Source of the DNA: an uncultured Actinomycetes bacterium
GTDB lineage: Bacteria; Actinomycetota; Actinomycetes; S36-B12; UBA10799
Reading direction: 5' to 3'
Assembly: GCA_946803585.1 (NCBI GenBank)
Contig: CAMPEQ010000005.1
Span: forward strand, 91,607 to 155,606
DNA: 64,000 nt
Part shown: piece after piece, positions 45,981 to 55,180 of the stretch
Layout: the number at the start of each line of letters is the position of its first letter
Numbering within the stretch: position 1 is the stretch's first letter
Program-made: the position numbers and the translations under genes
The notes under the pieces: model-generated
Databases searched by the model: none
What the model saw: only the letters and a program-made list of their open reading frames with translations
What the model was told of the DNA's origin: nothing

Positions 45981-47971
45981 CGAGCCTCTTCGCTTAGACC
46001 TGACTTCTGACCGAAGTGAACCGTCTGGGCAGCCGGATCGGTGTGGCCACCTTCTAGTGCGCTCGCGGATTCATCTCGGGCTGAATCGGTGGGAGCCACG
46101 TCAGCCACAGGTGAATCGGCGCGGGAGTCGGTTAGGTCAAAGTGCACCGTCGGCGAGCCGGTGTAGCGCAGATCGACGACCGAAGGGGCGACGACCGAAG
46201 GGGCAGTGGACGGTGGCGTGGTTGGGTCCGCTCCATCTGGAACTGCGGGCATCCCCCACACCCGCCGCACGTGAATAATCGCGAAGATCAGCCCTGCGCC
46301 AAGGGTGGTGAGCAAACCAAGCTCAAAGACCATATCGGGTGGAACAGTTGTGAGTTCTAGTAGCGCGGCAAGCACGAAGATCACGTGAAGCCCGAAGTAC
46401 GCCCCGATGTAGCCAAGGAGCCCGAGGCCGTTTGGGAGTCTGCTGCAGACATAAATCGCTACGAAGCTCGCCGCTAAGGTCAGTGCGGCAACAAGGGTGA
46501 TCTTGCCAAACTCGCCAACGTCGCGGACGCCGCCCGCTGACCAGCCCCAATACCCATTCGCCACCGACCCCATGATCGATATGGCGAGCATCCACAGCGC
46601 GGCCGTTTGCCACCCGGTTGCCCTCGAACGAACCCAGCTCCGCGACGCGATTCGCGCCACTAACCACAACGCCAGACCGGACATCACAACAAGTACGATC
46701 GCCCCCGCAATAGCACCTGGCCGTTCCTCGGCAATCGCTTTCTGGACAACGCCGCAGTCTCGCTTGAACCGCGATACCAAGACATAGAACGCAATGCCGT
46801 AACCGATGGCTTGGTACTTACGACTGAACCCGATGAGTCCGCCAGCCAGCATGGCGGTCGCCACGAATAGCGACCCCATGAACAGCAGCCAGTCGGCGCT
46901 GGTCAGCTGTTCGGTAGCTCGGGTCGAATAGATCGCGTAAGCACCAGCCACACTGGTTGCCGCAACAATGACCGTGATCATCGCCGCCGTGGCTGCCGCA
47001 GCTTTTGCCCCAACTAGTCGGTCGACGCCTTCAGAGGGCTCGATTGGGTCCGTTCGGGACGGACTCTTGACCGGGCGAGGGCGCGCGGCCGCGGCAGGCG
47101 ATGGCCTCGGCGATCTCTTCGCGGGGATGACGGTATGGACCTCGTTGGACTTGCGGCTCGCGATCGCGGCGTCTTCAGCCGTCTTTGCCGCTGCCAAGGC
47201 CGCACCAAACTCGGCTGCGCTCGGGAAGCGATCAGCCGGGTCCTTAGCCAGCGCAGTCGCCAGAACCTCTGCCATCGGCGCGAGTCGCGGATCGGCTAGG
47301 TCGGGACTGCTGAGGCAGATCGCCCGGATCTTTGACGCGGGAGCCGAACCAGGGAACGGCACCTGGCCGGTCGCTAACGTGTAGAGCGTCGAGGCCAACG
47401 CGTACTGATCTGAGGCGGGGCTAAACTGCTCGGACTCCAGGATTTCCGGCGCAGCGTAGTCATAGGTGAACGCCTGGGAGATCGTTGCCTGTGCGCCCTG
47501 GGTAATGATGGCGACACCAAAGTCGGCCAGGGCCGCGTCGCCGCGGTCCGTGAGCAGAATGTTCTGCGGTTTGACGTCACGGTGAACGACCCCGAGATCG
47601 TGGGCGGCCTGCAATGCACCGGCGACCTGTATCCCGATACTGAACACCTGCGTGATCGAGAGGTACCCCTGCTCGGCGAGTAGGCCCGCCACGCTCCCCC
47701 GAGGGTACAGACGCATGGCAATAAACGGCTGGTCCTCGGCTCCGGTTCCAGCATCGAACACATCAGCAATATGGGGATGGGAGTCCAACGACCCTAAGAC
47801 GCGGCACTCGTTTTGGAATCGCCGAACTGCCCCCGGCTCGTCGAGTCGAACGTTGAGTAGTTTGAGAGCAACCTCGCGGTCGAATCGCTCCTGCTTAGCC
47901 CGGTATACCGACGAGAAACCACCGGTACCGATCAAACTCCCCACGGCGTAGCCAGGAATCACAGCGCGCAC
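45977..47971 (-). CDS. Hanks-type Ser/Thr protein kinase with a polytopic (about 8 TM) C-terminal membrane domain
   Basis: 664 aa. GTGGFSSVYRA, VALK, HRDVKPQNIL, DFG, APE. Pro-rich linker, then multiple hydrophobic helices and an acidic tail. Confidence 0.9.
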   Translation of the reverse strand: MRAVIPGYAVGSLIGTGGFSSVYRAKQERFDREVALKLLNVRLDEPGAVRRFQNECRVLGSLDSHPHIADVFDAGTGAEDQPFIAMRLYPRGSVAGLLAEQGYLSITQVFSIGIQVAGALQAAHDLGVVHRDVKPQNILLTDRGDAALADFGVAIITQGAQATISQAFTYDYAAPEILESEQFSPASDQYALASTLYTLATGQVPFPGSAPASKIRAICLSSPDLADPRLAPMAEVLATALAKDPADRFPSAAEFGAALAAAKTAEDAAIASRKSNEVHTVIPAKRSPRPSPAAAARPRPVKSPSRTDPIEPSEGVDRLVGAKAAAATAAMITVIVAATSVAGAYAIYSTRATEQLTSADWLLFMGSLFVATAMLAGGLIGFSRKYQAIGYGIAFYVLVSRFKRDCGVVQKAIAEERPGAIAGAIVLVVMSGLALWLVARIASRSWVRSRATGWQTAALWMLAISIMGSVANGYWGWSAGGVRDVGEFGKITLVAALTLAASFVAIYVCSRLPNGLGLLGYIGAYFGLHVIFVLAALLELTTVPPDMVFELGLLTTLGAGLIFAIIHVRRVWGMPAVPDGADPTTPPSTAPSVVAPSVVDLRYTGSPTVHFDLTDSRADSPVADVAPTDSARDESASALEGGHTDPAAQTVHFGQKSGLSEEAR
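46174..46203 (-). repeat. Perfect 15-bp tandem duplication inside the kinase tail (encodes APSVV-APSVV)
   Basis: cgacgaccgaagggg x2 (46174-46188, 46189-46203), in frame. Confidence 0.9.
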
Positions 47972-48112
47972 GTTTGATATTCCCCCAGGAATCGACGCGG
48001 CAATGACGCGCGTCAGCGGACCAACTTGAGTCCTACTCTACGAAACCCGCCATTTGGCCGAGCGAGCACCTATTCGATCACCCATAGCGCCAACCGGCAA
48101 TGATCACCAGGG

Positions 48113-48136
48113 TGGTTCACCCAAACGGGTGAACCA
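48113..48136 (-). terminator. Perfect 10-bp stem / 4-nt loop hairpin 13 nt after the stop of the 279-aa gene
   Basis: tggttcaccc-aaac-gggtgaacca. No U-tract follows. Confidence 0.4.
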
Positions 48137-48149
48137 GTGCTGCCATTCC

Positions 48150-48989
48150 TCAGCCCCTGTGCAGCCGTTCCCGTAGCCCCTCAGCGATATCCTGCCGAAA
48201 TCGCGCGCCGTACTTGCCTGTTGCTAGGGCTGGCGCTGCTACCCGCGCCACCTCTCTCACGAGGTCCACGTCGTTGGCGTCAACGGGTGCATCGACATCA
48301 CCGGGAGCCGGCGTGCCTAAGAGTTCTGAGCGTGCGAGGCGAGCCAGCTGGATGATCCCGCATTCGACTGCTACGCGGTAGGCGCCACTATCCGGTTGCG
48401 GGGAATCACTTTGTAAGGCCATCTCAAGCTCCTCACTGATGGATATGTGCGTGGCCGCGATTGCGGCAAGGTCCGCCGCCAGTGTCACCGTCTGCAGGTC
48501 AGACAAGGTCGATTCCGCATAGCCACCCATTCCCGCTGCGAGTTGGTGCTCGGCATCGTCACCACCGTCGGAGAAATCGGCAGGCACCCACGAACCGTCG
48601 ATTGCTCGGCGCGCGATCGGCTCGACAATGTTGCGCGCGAACCACTTTGGATCGCACTGTTCCAGCACAGTCAGGACCTGTACAACTCCTTGGGCGATCG
48701 TCAGGTCTGTCGGTATCGGCGCTTGACCACGCCGCAGTTTGAGGTCCAGCTTCTCCAGCGGCCATTGCTGGGAGGTCTCATCGGACGAGCGAGCGAACCA
48801 TACGAGCTCAATCGCTAGCACCAACTGCCACGCGTGCTCCCGCAGTGGGGCGAACTTCTTGGTCACGGTGAGCGACTCAACCGGGCGGGTCGCGAGGCCA
48901 TCCGCACTCGCGAGTTCCCTTTCGCGGTCGATCTCCTCCTGCATCACCATCGCGAGGGTCGGCTCAGAGCCCTTCTTGGTTTTCTTCAC
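48150..48989 (-). CDS. Hypothetical acidic cytoplasmic protein, no recognisable domain
   Basis: 279 aa, GTG start, non-repetitive. Confidence 0.6.
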   Translation of the reverse strand: MKKTKKGSEPTLAMVMQEEIDRERELASADGLATRPVESLTVTKKFAPLREHAWQLVLAIELVWFARSSDETSQQWPLEKLDLKLRRGQAPIPTDLTIAQGVVQVLTVLEQCDPKWFARNIVEPIARRAIDGSWVPADFSDGGDDAEHQLAAGMGGYAESTLSDLQTVTLAADLAAIAATHISISEELEMALQSDSPQPDSGAYRVAVECGIIQLARLARSELLGTPAPGDVDAPVDANDVDLVREVARVAAPALATGKYGARFRQDIAEGLRERLHRG

Positions 48990-49037
48990 GCTCCCCCCTC
49001 ACGATTTGCCGATTCGATCAACCTAAATAGATCTTCC

Positions 49038-49063
49038 CAGTTGCGGATCTTCTTGCGCAACTG
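49038..49063. promoter_or_regulatory. 8-bp inverted repeat with a 10-nt spacer in a divergent promoter region
   Basis: cagttgcg-gatcttcttg-cgcaactg. GATCTTC also repeated at 49030-49036 and 49046-49052. Confidence 0.4.
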
Positions 49064-49142
49064 AGCTCCGCAGGGTTGGGAGACGGTTTTCATCCGTCAG
49101 TACTAGGTAAGACGCCTTGCACGCAGAAACGGAGCCCGGCAG

Positions 49143-49601
49143 ATGACGAACCACCCAGCCCACACGTACCTCGTTGACCTCATCAACGATGCAACCTCAC
49201 TCGCGGCCGAGTACGGCCACGACGCGGTGGAACCAATTCACCTTGCGACCGTCATGCAGGATCTGACGGGCGAAGTACTACCGGATCCGCTTGAGGCAGA
49301 TCTCCTTCTACATCTATGTGAGCCCCGAGATGCGCTGTCGGGCCAGGAACCGGAACTGAGTACCGCCAGCTACGCCATCCTCGATGCACTCGACGGCCTA
49401 GCCGAGGAGATCACCGAAGAACTCCTGGTATCCCGGCTATCCGAGGCTTTTACGGCGACGATTCCGATGCAAGCAGGCTGCGGGAGCCTGGAATATCAGG
49501 AACTCGTCGCGACGCTTCCGCAAACGAGGGAACCCGCCTTGGCCGAGCTGAGCGCGGCATCGAACCGCCTGCGCGCGCTCATCCCCTGGAATCGGCGCTA
49601 G
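49143..49601 (+). CDS. Hypothetical protein with a possible single Clp-N (Clp R) repeat
   Basis: 152 aa. LINDATSLAAEYGHDAVEPIHLATVM resembles the Clp N-terminal repeat. Weak call. Confidence 0.4.
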   Translation: MTNHPAHTYLVDLINDATSLAAEYGHDAVEPIHLATVMQDLTGEVLPDPLEADLLLHLCEPRDALSGQEPELSTASYAILDALDGLAEEITEELLVSRLSEAFTATIPMQAGCGSLEYQELVATLPQTREPALAELSAASNRLRALIPWNRR

Positions 49602-50231
49602 CTAGACAGCGCACTCACGTGAAAAAGCGTCGTACTTGCGCGTCATCATCGGCTTGAGGAAGAGCCTGACCGGACCTGGGATCATCCCCCAGGTCTGATC
49701 TTCCACCCCCGGTTCGGCGTTGTCACACACCCACGGCAACACCAGCTTGGCGTACTCGGTGTCCCTGGTGAACTTCATGAACTCCTTCACATCGTGCTCG
49801 GAGACGTATCGCTGAACGATCTGAATCCCGTTCTGTTCCTCGTCATCGCAGTGCTGGGTAAGCACGTCAAAGAGTGCGTCGAGTTGGTTCGAGACTTCCT
49901 GCTTGTCTGTGTCGGCGCTGATCGCAGCGAACTGCCCGTCAAGGGTCGTCAGGATTTCGTTGAGTTGACCGTGCTCGGCCTCCATCTGATCAAGAACCGC
50001 CACCTCTGCGGGCGAGGCCTTGGGCTTCACCCGATCGAAGAGGTACTGATCCTCTCCCTCATGGTGATGATGCAACGTGTCGGAGAAGAACGAGTACCGC
50101 TTAGCTAGCCGTGCCCTCGCGCCTTGATCACTCAGCTCAGCCTTCGTCAGACCTGCCTGGATCCGCCTAATCTCTCGTTTGAATGCAGCATGCATATTCG
50201 TGTTCATGCTGACGTCGTCCATTGCGCCCAT
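49602..50231 (-). CDS. Hemerythrin-like metal-binding domain protein
   Basis: 209 aa. HAAFKREI, HHHHEGEDQYLF, EAEH, HCDDEE: His/Glu ligand spacing of the hemerythrin four-helix bundle. Confidence 0.8.
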   Translation of the reverse strand: MGAMDDVSMNTNMHAAFKREIRRIQAGLTKAELSDQGARARLAKRYSFFSDTLHHHHEGEDQYLFDRVKPKASPAEVAVLDQMEAEHGQLNEILTTLDGQFAAISADTDKQEVSNQLDALFDVLTQHCDDEEQNGIQIVQRYVSEHDVKEFMKFTRDTEYAKLVLPWVCDNAEPGVEDQTWGMIPGPVRLFLKPMMTRKYDAFSRECAV

Positions 50232-50243
50232 CGTTTCTCCTAC

Positions 50244-51233
50244 CTATTCGGTATCTAACGAACCTTCCAGCACTAGCACGCTTGCGCGATTCCCGCCCAT
50301 CCGCTTTGCTTCGTACATGACCTTATCGGCCTCGTCAACGAGGTCCTGCACGGTGACTTCTGGGCGATCAGAGAACACGGCTCCGACGCTGACCGTTGCG
50401 CGGTTCTTTGCGCACTCGGTGACGATCGCAGCGCAGATGTAGTCGAGACGATTGCGGTTTGTCACCCCTGGCAAGACGACCACGAATTCGTCGCCGCCGA
50501 CCCTGGCAACGACGTCACCATCGCGAATCTGATTCCGAATCGCGGCGACGGTTTGTTTCAGGACGACATCACCGATCTGATGCCCGTAGGTGTCGTTGAT
50601 CGCCTTCATGTTGTCAACGTCGACGAAGATCACACCATAGCGATGGTTGGCGGATTCGATTGCCGCGAACATTGACTCCATTCCGCGGCGATTGAGCGCA
50701 CCGGTCAGCGCATCGCTATGCGCGTCGGCGGCGAGTCGCACGCGATCGGATTCGGCCTCTTGTTGGGCGAGTTCCTGGCCGATCACCACCGCCAAAATGC
50801 TGGCCATTCCAGTTAGGGAGGCGGCTGGAAGATCTCGGTAGGTCGCAACGTCACAGCTTGAGAAAAAGAGGAAGCCGACAGTTTGCCTACCCACGACCAA
50901 GGGGCAGGTCAGACTCGAACGAATCCCCTCGGCCACGATGAGCTGAGTCGAAACGGACTGCGGGTTCGCCGCTAAATACTCGCGGGTGTCGTCGATGTAG
51001 CGCGGCCGACCGGACTCGGCTAGTTCAGCCAAACTTGTCTCATCTAGCGTCAGGCGAAACCCTGGGTGGATCTTCTCGTCGATCTCCGTGCGGCACCTGC
51101 GCCATACTGCCCGCACGTAGTCGCCGTCGATCGCCGCATAGCTGATCACGTCGTAGGGCACCAGCGCCTCGAAGGAGTCAAAGAACAGCGACAAGACTTG
51201 GCGGACCGGTTGGTCGTTCACACCTGCGAACAT
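50244..51233 (-). CDS. GAF domain + GGDEF diguanylate cyclase
   Basis: 329 aa. DALTGALNRRG, FVDVDNMKAINDTYGHQIGD, intact GGDEF (ARVGGDEFVVVL). Confidence 0.85.
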   Translation of the reverse strand: MFAGVNDQPVRQVLSLFFDSFEALVPYDVISYAAIDGDYVRAVWRRCRTEIDEKIHPGFRLTLDETSLAELAESGRPRYIDDTREYLAANPQSVSTQLIVAEGIRSSLTCPLVVGRQTVGFLFFSSCDVATYRDLPAASLTGMASILAVVIGQELAQQEAESDRVRLAADAHSDALTGALNRRGMESMFAAIESANHRYGVIFVDVDNMKAINDTYGHQIGDVVLKQTVAAIRNQIRDGDVVARVGGDEFVVVLPGVTNRNRLDYICAAIVTECAKNRATVSVGAVFSDRPEVTVQDLVDEADKVMYEAKRMGGNRASVLVLEGSLDTE

Positions 51234-51349
51234 ACCGCCGTGTGCTCGCAGGTGACAACTGATCGAGATGGCGGACCTTCGTCAAAATTCGCGCCAACTT
51301 TGCCCACCTACTCCTTGCCTACCTCACCCGGAATCGTCACGATGGGAGC

Positions 51350-52117
51350 GTGAACTCCGTCAGCAATCCAAATCTGCGAGCCCTCAGCCTCTACATTGCC
51401 CTCATGGCACTCATCATCGGGCTAGGCGGTGTGTCGCAGGCAGATCTGGCTCACGCTGCCGGTGGGCAGGGCGTGGCTGAGGATGGAGCGTCCGCGATGG
51501 TCGTCGTTGGGGGTGAAGCGTCGACTTTCGTCGGCGCTGAGCAGCGCGCAACGACACCGAAACCCCACGCTGACGTCTCGCGGGTACGTCGCGCGGACTT
51601 GGGCAATAGCTGGGTCAAGGGGTGCCCGACCAAGAAGCGGAAACTGCGCGCTATCGACATCAACCACTGGGACTACGACGGCGAGCTCTTGCGAGGTCGG
51701 ATCATCGTGCATCGCAAGGTTGTTCCGGTCGTTCGCAAAGCACTACGTAAGGCATTCAAGGCGGGCTTCCCGATCCACGAGATGTCCCCGGTTCAGAAGT
51801 ACGACTCCTCGGATAACAAGTCGATGCGCGCGGACAACACCAGTGGCTTCAGTTGCCGCCGGATACCTGGATCGACACGGTGGAGCGAGCACGCGAAAGG
51901 CATCGCCGTCGACATCAATCCTCGGCGCAATCCACACGTGTTTTCAAACAAACTGCTGCCGGGAAATGCGAAGGCCTACGTCAAACGGAAGCCAGTTCAG
52001 GCGGGGATGCTGACTAAGCGCAGCGTCGTGTCCCGGGTCTTCCGCAAGAAGGGCTGGACATGGGGTGGGACGTACCGGAACCCTGACTACCAGCACTATT
52101 CACGCAGCGGCTACTAA
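51350..52117 (+). CDS. Secreted M15-family peptidase (paralogue of 27930..29315)
   Basis: 255 aa. Signal-like N-terminus. ...MRADNTSGFSCR...WSEHAKGIAVDINP...WTWGGTYRNPDYQHY. Confidence 0.75.
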   Translation: MNSVSNPNLRALSLYIALMALIIGLGGVSQADLAHAAGGQGVAEDGASAMVVVGGEASTFVGAEQRATTPKPHADVSRVRRADLGNSWVKGCPTKKRKLRAIDINHWDYDGELLRGRIIVHRKVVPVVRKALRKAFKAGFPIHEMSPVQKYDSSDNKSMRADNTSGFSCRRIPGSTRWSEHAKGIAVDINPRRNPHVFSNKLLPGNAKAYVKRKPVQAGMLTKRSVVSRVFRKKGWTWGGTYRNPDYQHYSRSGY

Positions 52118-52142
52118 GGTGGTAGCGAAATCCTCTGCAACT

Positions 52143-52694
52143 ATGATCAGTATGAATGCTCCGCGGGTGACCTCGTTATCAATCGCTGCCGCCATTCCGC
52201 TGCTAGTCGCCTCATGCAGTGTCGGCGCTAGTTCTTCAGATGGCGGCCCCACTGCGTCAGATGGCGCGACCGCAAGTACAGAATCAGTCACGGAGGGAAC
52301 GATTCCCCTCGGCGGAACATTCACCAGCAGTGATGAGATCACGCTGGGGATCAGCAAGCCGACGAGTTTCAAACCGTCACAGTACGCCTATGTCAAAGGC
52401 CAGTCGGCCTTTGCCGTGATCTTCAAGTTGACGAATGGCAGCACCGAACCTTACGAGCCAACCGACACCTACGCGACCGCGTCTGCCGGAGGCGTCGAAT
52501 GCGAACGCGGTTTCGATTCGCAACTAGGAGTCGATGCGGATCCCGCGACAGCGGTCCTGCCAGGACACTCAGTTAGCTGGAAGGTGGGTTGGGGTTGCGA
52601 TGCGGCCACTGGTTCAGAACTGCTAATCGAGGCCGAGATCCACCAGTTGAGCCCCGACTCCCAACGCGCGCTCTTTAGTGGCCAACTTCCCTAA
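52143..52694 (+). CDS. Lipoprotein (possible DUF4352-like beta-sandwich)
   Basis: Start trimmed to MISMNAPRVTSLSIAAAIPLLVASCS (lipobox LVASC). Confidence 0.6.
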   Translation: MISMNAPRVTSLSIAAAIPLLVASCSVGASSSDGGPTASDGATASTESVTEGTIPLGGTFTSSDEITLGISKPTSFKPSQYAYVKGQSAFAVIFKLTNGSTEPYEPTDTYATASAGGVECERGFDSQLGVDADPATAVLPGHSVSWKVGWGCDAATGSELLIEAEIHQLSPDSQRALFSGQLP

Positions 52695-52744
52695 GAGAAG
52701 AGAGGGGACGAGGACTACCTAATCTCGAATCTGAAAATTCTGGG

Positions 52745-53530
52745 TCAAACTTCCCCGAACAGGTCAAACACTGGCCGGTCCAGCCCCACCCTGTCCACGA
52801 TGTCGATCAATGCGACATCGGTTTCGATCTCCTCATGGGCGAGCAAGTGCTCGGTCTCGCGGCCACCCACATACCTGGTGAGTGCCAACTCAGCAGCGGC
52901 CAGCGGCAAGTCATCGAAGAACTGGACCTGCTCGTCGATGACCAGCGGTGCTCGAGTGGCACAGCCAAGGTAGGACAGTGGCTGGCGCCAGATCTGTCCA
53001 CCGTCTAGGCGCGCCTCGGTCCCGGTAAGCCGCACCGCGGCGTAGTGTCCGGTCGCGCGACCTTCGGAGCGATCCATTTTGGGGATGAGCCGGGCAGGGA
53101 GCAGCAGCACGTGGCATTCGAGCTCCCGATCGGGCGCAGCCGCAATCGTTACTGGCAGCACCCCGCGGTCGGTATGGGAACACACCCACGCACGTTGCGC
53201 CCCAATCACTGTCGCACCAACGGCAACGATGCGATCTAGTTCCGAACCCACCGGGAAGGAGCGAGCGAACTTCTCCACTAGCCGACCTGGGCACGCATTG
53301 CTGCCGTAGGCAAGCATCGGGACATAGAGATCCGCGAGTTCGGCCAGCCCGTCGCCAACTAGCCACGGACCCACCTGTTGGCCATCGGCGAAAGCCATCC
53401 CGTCTGCGGTGGAACGAATCGGCTCCACATAGCCGCGACGAATCGCGAACGACCCTCGGGGGATCTCGCCCGGGTAGGTCAGCGGCGAGTACTCACTGAC
53501 GTGTCTGGGTGCACACTTCGTCACTGCCAC
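52745..53530 (-). CDS. Gamma-glutamylcyclotransferase-like (GGCT/AIG2-like) fold protein
   Basis: 261 aa. MLAYGSNACPGRL (YGSN motif) and MDRSEG (candidate catalytic Glu). Weak. Confidence 0.4.
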   Translation of the reverse strand: MAVTKCAPRHVSEYSPLTYPGEIPRGSFAIRRGYVEPIRSTADGMAFADGQQVGPWLVGDGLAELADLYVPMLAYGSNACPGRLVEKFARSFPVGSELDRIVAVGATVIGAQRAWVCSHTDRGVLPVTIAAAPDRELECHVLLLPARLIPKMDRSEGRATGHYAAVRLTGTEARLDGGQIWRQPLSYLGCATRAPLVIDEQVQFFDDLPLAAAELALTRYVGGRETEHLLAHEEIETDVALIDIVDRVGLDRPVFDLFGEV

Positions 53531-53535
53531 AGCCT

Positions 53536-55041
53536 CTAGTTGGTCGACACGACGGTCACATTGACCGTACCAATCTCGATGACGTCGTCATCGGGAACCT
53601 GCCCAGTCGCGCGGATCGCATCGCTTAGCCCTTGGGTCTGAGTTGGCGTCGGTGGATCAAGAACGGCCAGGGTAACGGCGACACCGTTCGGGAGCTGGTG
53701 GATTCCTAGCAGATCAGCGCCCGGCAGTTCTAGTGCTAGCCACTGGCGAACGACTTGCTCAATGTCGGCGGTCGCTACCGGTGTCGGGGCCTGGCCCTCT
53801 TGTTGGGTCCATAGCAAGTCAACCTCGACACTTTGTTTGACCTGATCGGACAGGAACGTTGCCAACTGCTCCACATTCGGGCTGGCGTCGGGACCGGTCG
53901 CGGTGACGGTGACGGTGTTTGCATCGACTACGACATCGGTGAGCTCGACCGATTGCGCCTGCTCGGAAATCCACGTGCGAGTCAGGTCACTGATCTCGGC
54001 CGTATCCAGCGGAGCGGCGGTCTTCTTCTTGTGTAGCGGGCTGATCGCCGAACTCGACTCAGCCCGTCGCACGGTGACGATTGCCGAGGCATTGCCCAAC
54101 AGTTCCCTGACCTGATCGACGAAGCTCGTCATCGCCGGTAGCGGCTCAGTGCTAGCGATATCGAGGGTGACGACATCGGAATCCGAGATCGCTAGCTGGG
54201 TGACAGTCACATCCGGGCCCAGCCAGGAGACTGCGGCTTCATGTACCGCCGTCTCGGCATGTGCCCGAACGACCAGCGAGTTCATTGCCGCAGACAACGG
54301 AACCAGCAGCACAACAACCGCGGCCGTTACACCGGCCACCGTCATCAAGATACGACTTCTCGTCCACCCGTCGTGAGCAATGTGATCGATCGCCCCGGTC
54401 AGAAATGCGACGACGATCGCCGACAACAGAATCGCCACCCAGTTGACCACGAAGAGCAACAGCGCACTGCCCGCCAGATCCCACCGCTGCAATGAAAGCG
54501 CCGTTCCACACACACCCAGCGGCGGCACCAATGCCACAGCGATTGCGACCCCCGCAGCGGAGTCCGTCCAGCTCTTGTGGATGCGAATGTAGGCACCCGC
54601 GGCACCGGCGGCTAGGGCAACCAGCAGGTCCAAGATGCTCGGTTTGGTCCGACTTACGATCTCGGGAGTGAGGGTCACGGCTTCGGACGGGAGCAGGTCT
54701 GCCAACAACCACGCAATCAGAATCGCGACGATGGCCGAGGCTGCGACCAACCCCGCCATCCTCGCCGCCAAGCGGAACTGCCCGAGCAGCAACTCCCCCG
54801 CTGTGGCGAGCACTGGAGTCATCAGCGGCGCGACCAACATGGCCCCGATAACGACAGCGGCTGAGTTCATGATCAAGCCGAGCGTCGCGATGGCAACTGA
54901 CAGCGTCAGCAGGATTGCGTACCCGCGCAGCCAGCGGCTCGAGTACGGCTGAACCAACCGATCGATTGAGGCCTCGGGTTGGTCGTGCGCCGGATCCTCA
55001 GGCGCCATCACCGTCACATCAATTGAGGGAGAGCTAGTCAT
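53536..55041 (-). CDS. DUF389 (TIGR00341-like) membrane protein with an extended C-terminal soluble region
   Basis: 501 aa. LIMNSAAVVIGAMLVAPLMTP block typical of DUF389. Confidence 0.6.
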   Translation of the reverse strand: MTSSPSIDVTVMAPEDPAHDQPEASIDRLVQPYSSRWLRGYAILLTLSVAIATLGLIMNSAAVVIGAMLVAPLMTPVLATAGELLLGQFRLAARMAGLVAASAIVAILIAWLLADLLPSEAVTLTPEIVSRTKPSILDLLVALAAGAAGAYIRIHKSWTDSAAGVAIAVALVPPLGVCGTALSLQRWDLAGSALLLFVVNWVAILLSAIVVAFLTGAIDHIAHDGWTRSRILMTVAGVTAAVVVLLVPLSAAMNSLVVRAHAETAVHEAAVSWLGPDVTVTQLAISDSDVVTLDIASTEPLPAMTSFVDQVRELLGNASAIVTVRRAESSSAISPLHKKKTAAPLDTAEISDLTRTWISEQAQSVELTDVVVDANTVTVTATGPDASPNVEQLATFLSDQVKQSVEVDLLWTQQEGQAPTPVATADIEQVVRQWLALELPGADLLGIHQLPNGVAVTLAVLDPPTPTQTQGLSDAIRATGQVPDDDVIEIGTVNVTVVSTN

Positions 55042-55180
55042 CAGGTTCGCCTTCGGGCTGTCTGGAGTTCGCGACGGGCTTGACGAATCATCCCCTGACG
55101 ACTGACCCGATGCGAGTTAGACGCGCGCATCCAGATTCGATCCCGCTAGGTTCCATAGCACTCGGGGCAACGGCGAAGGA

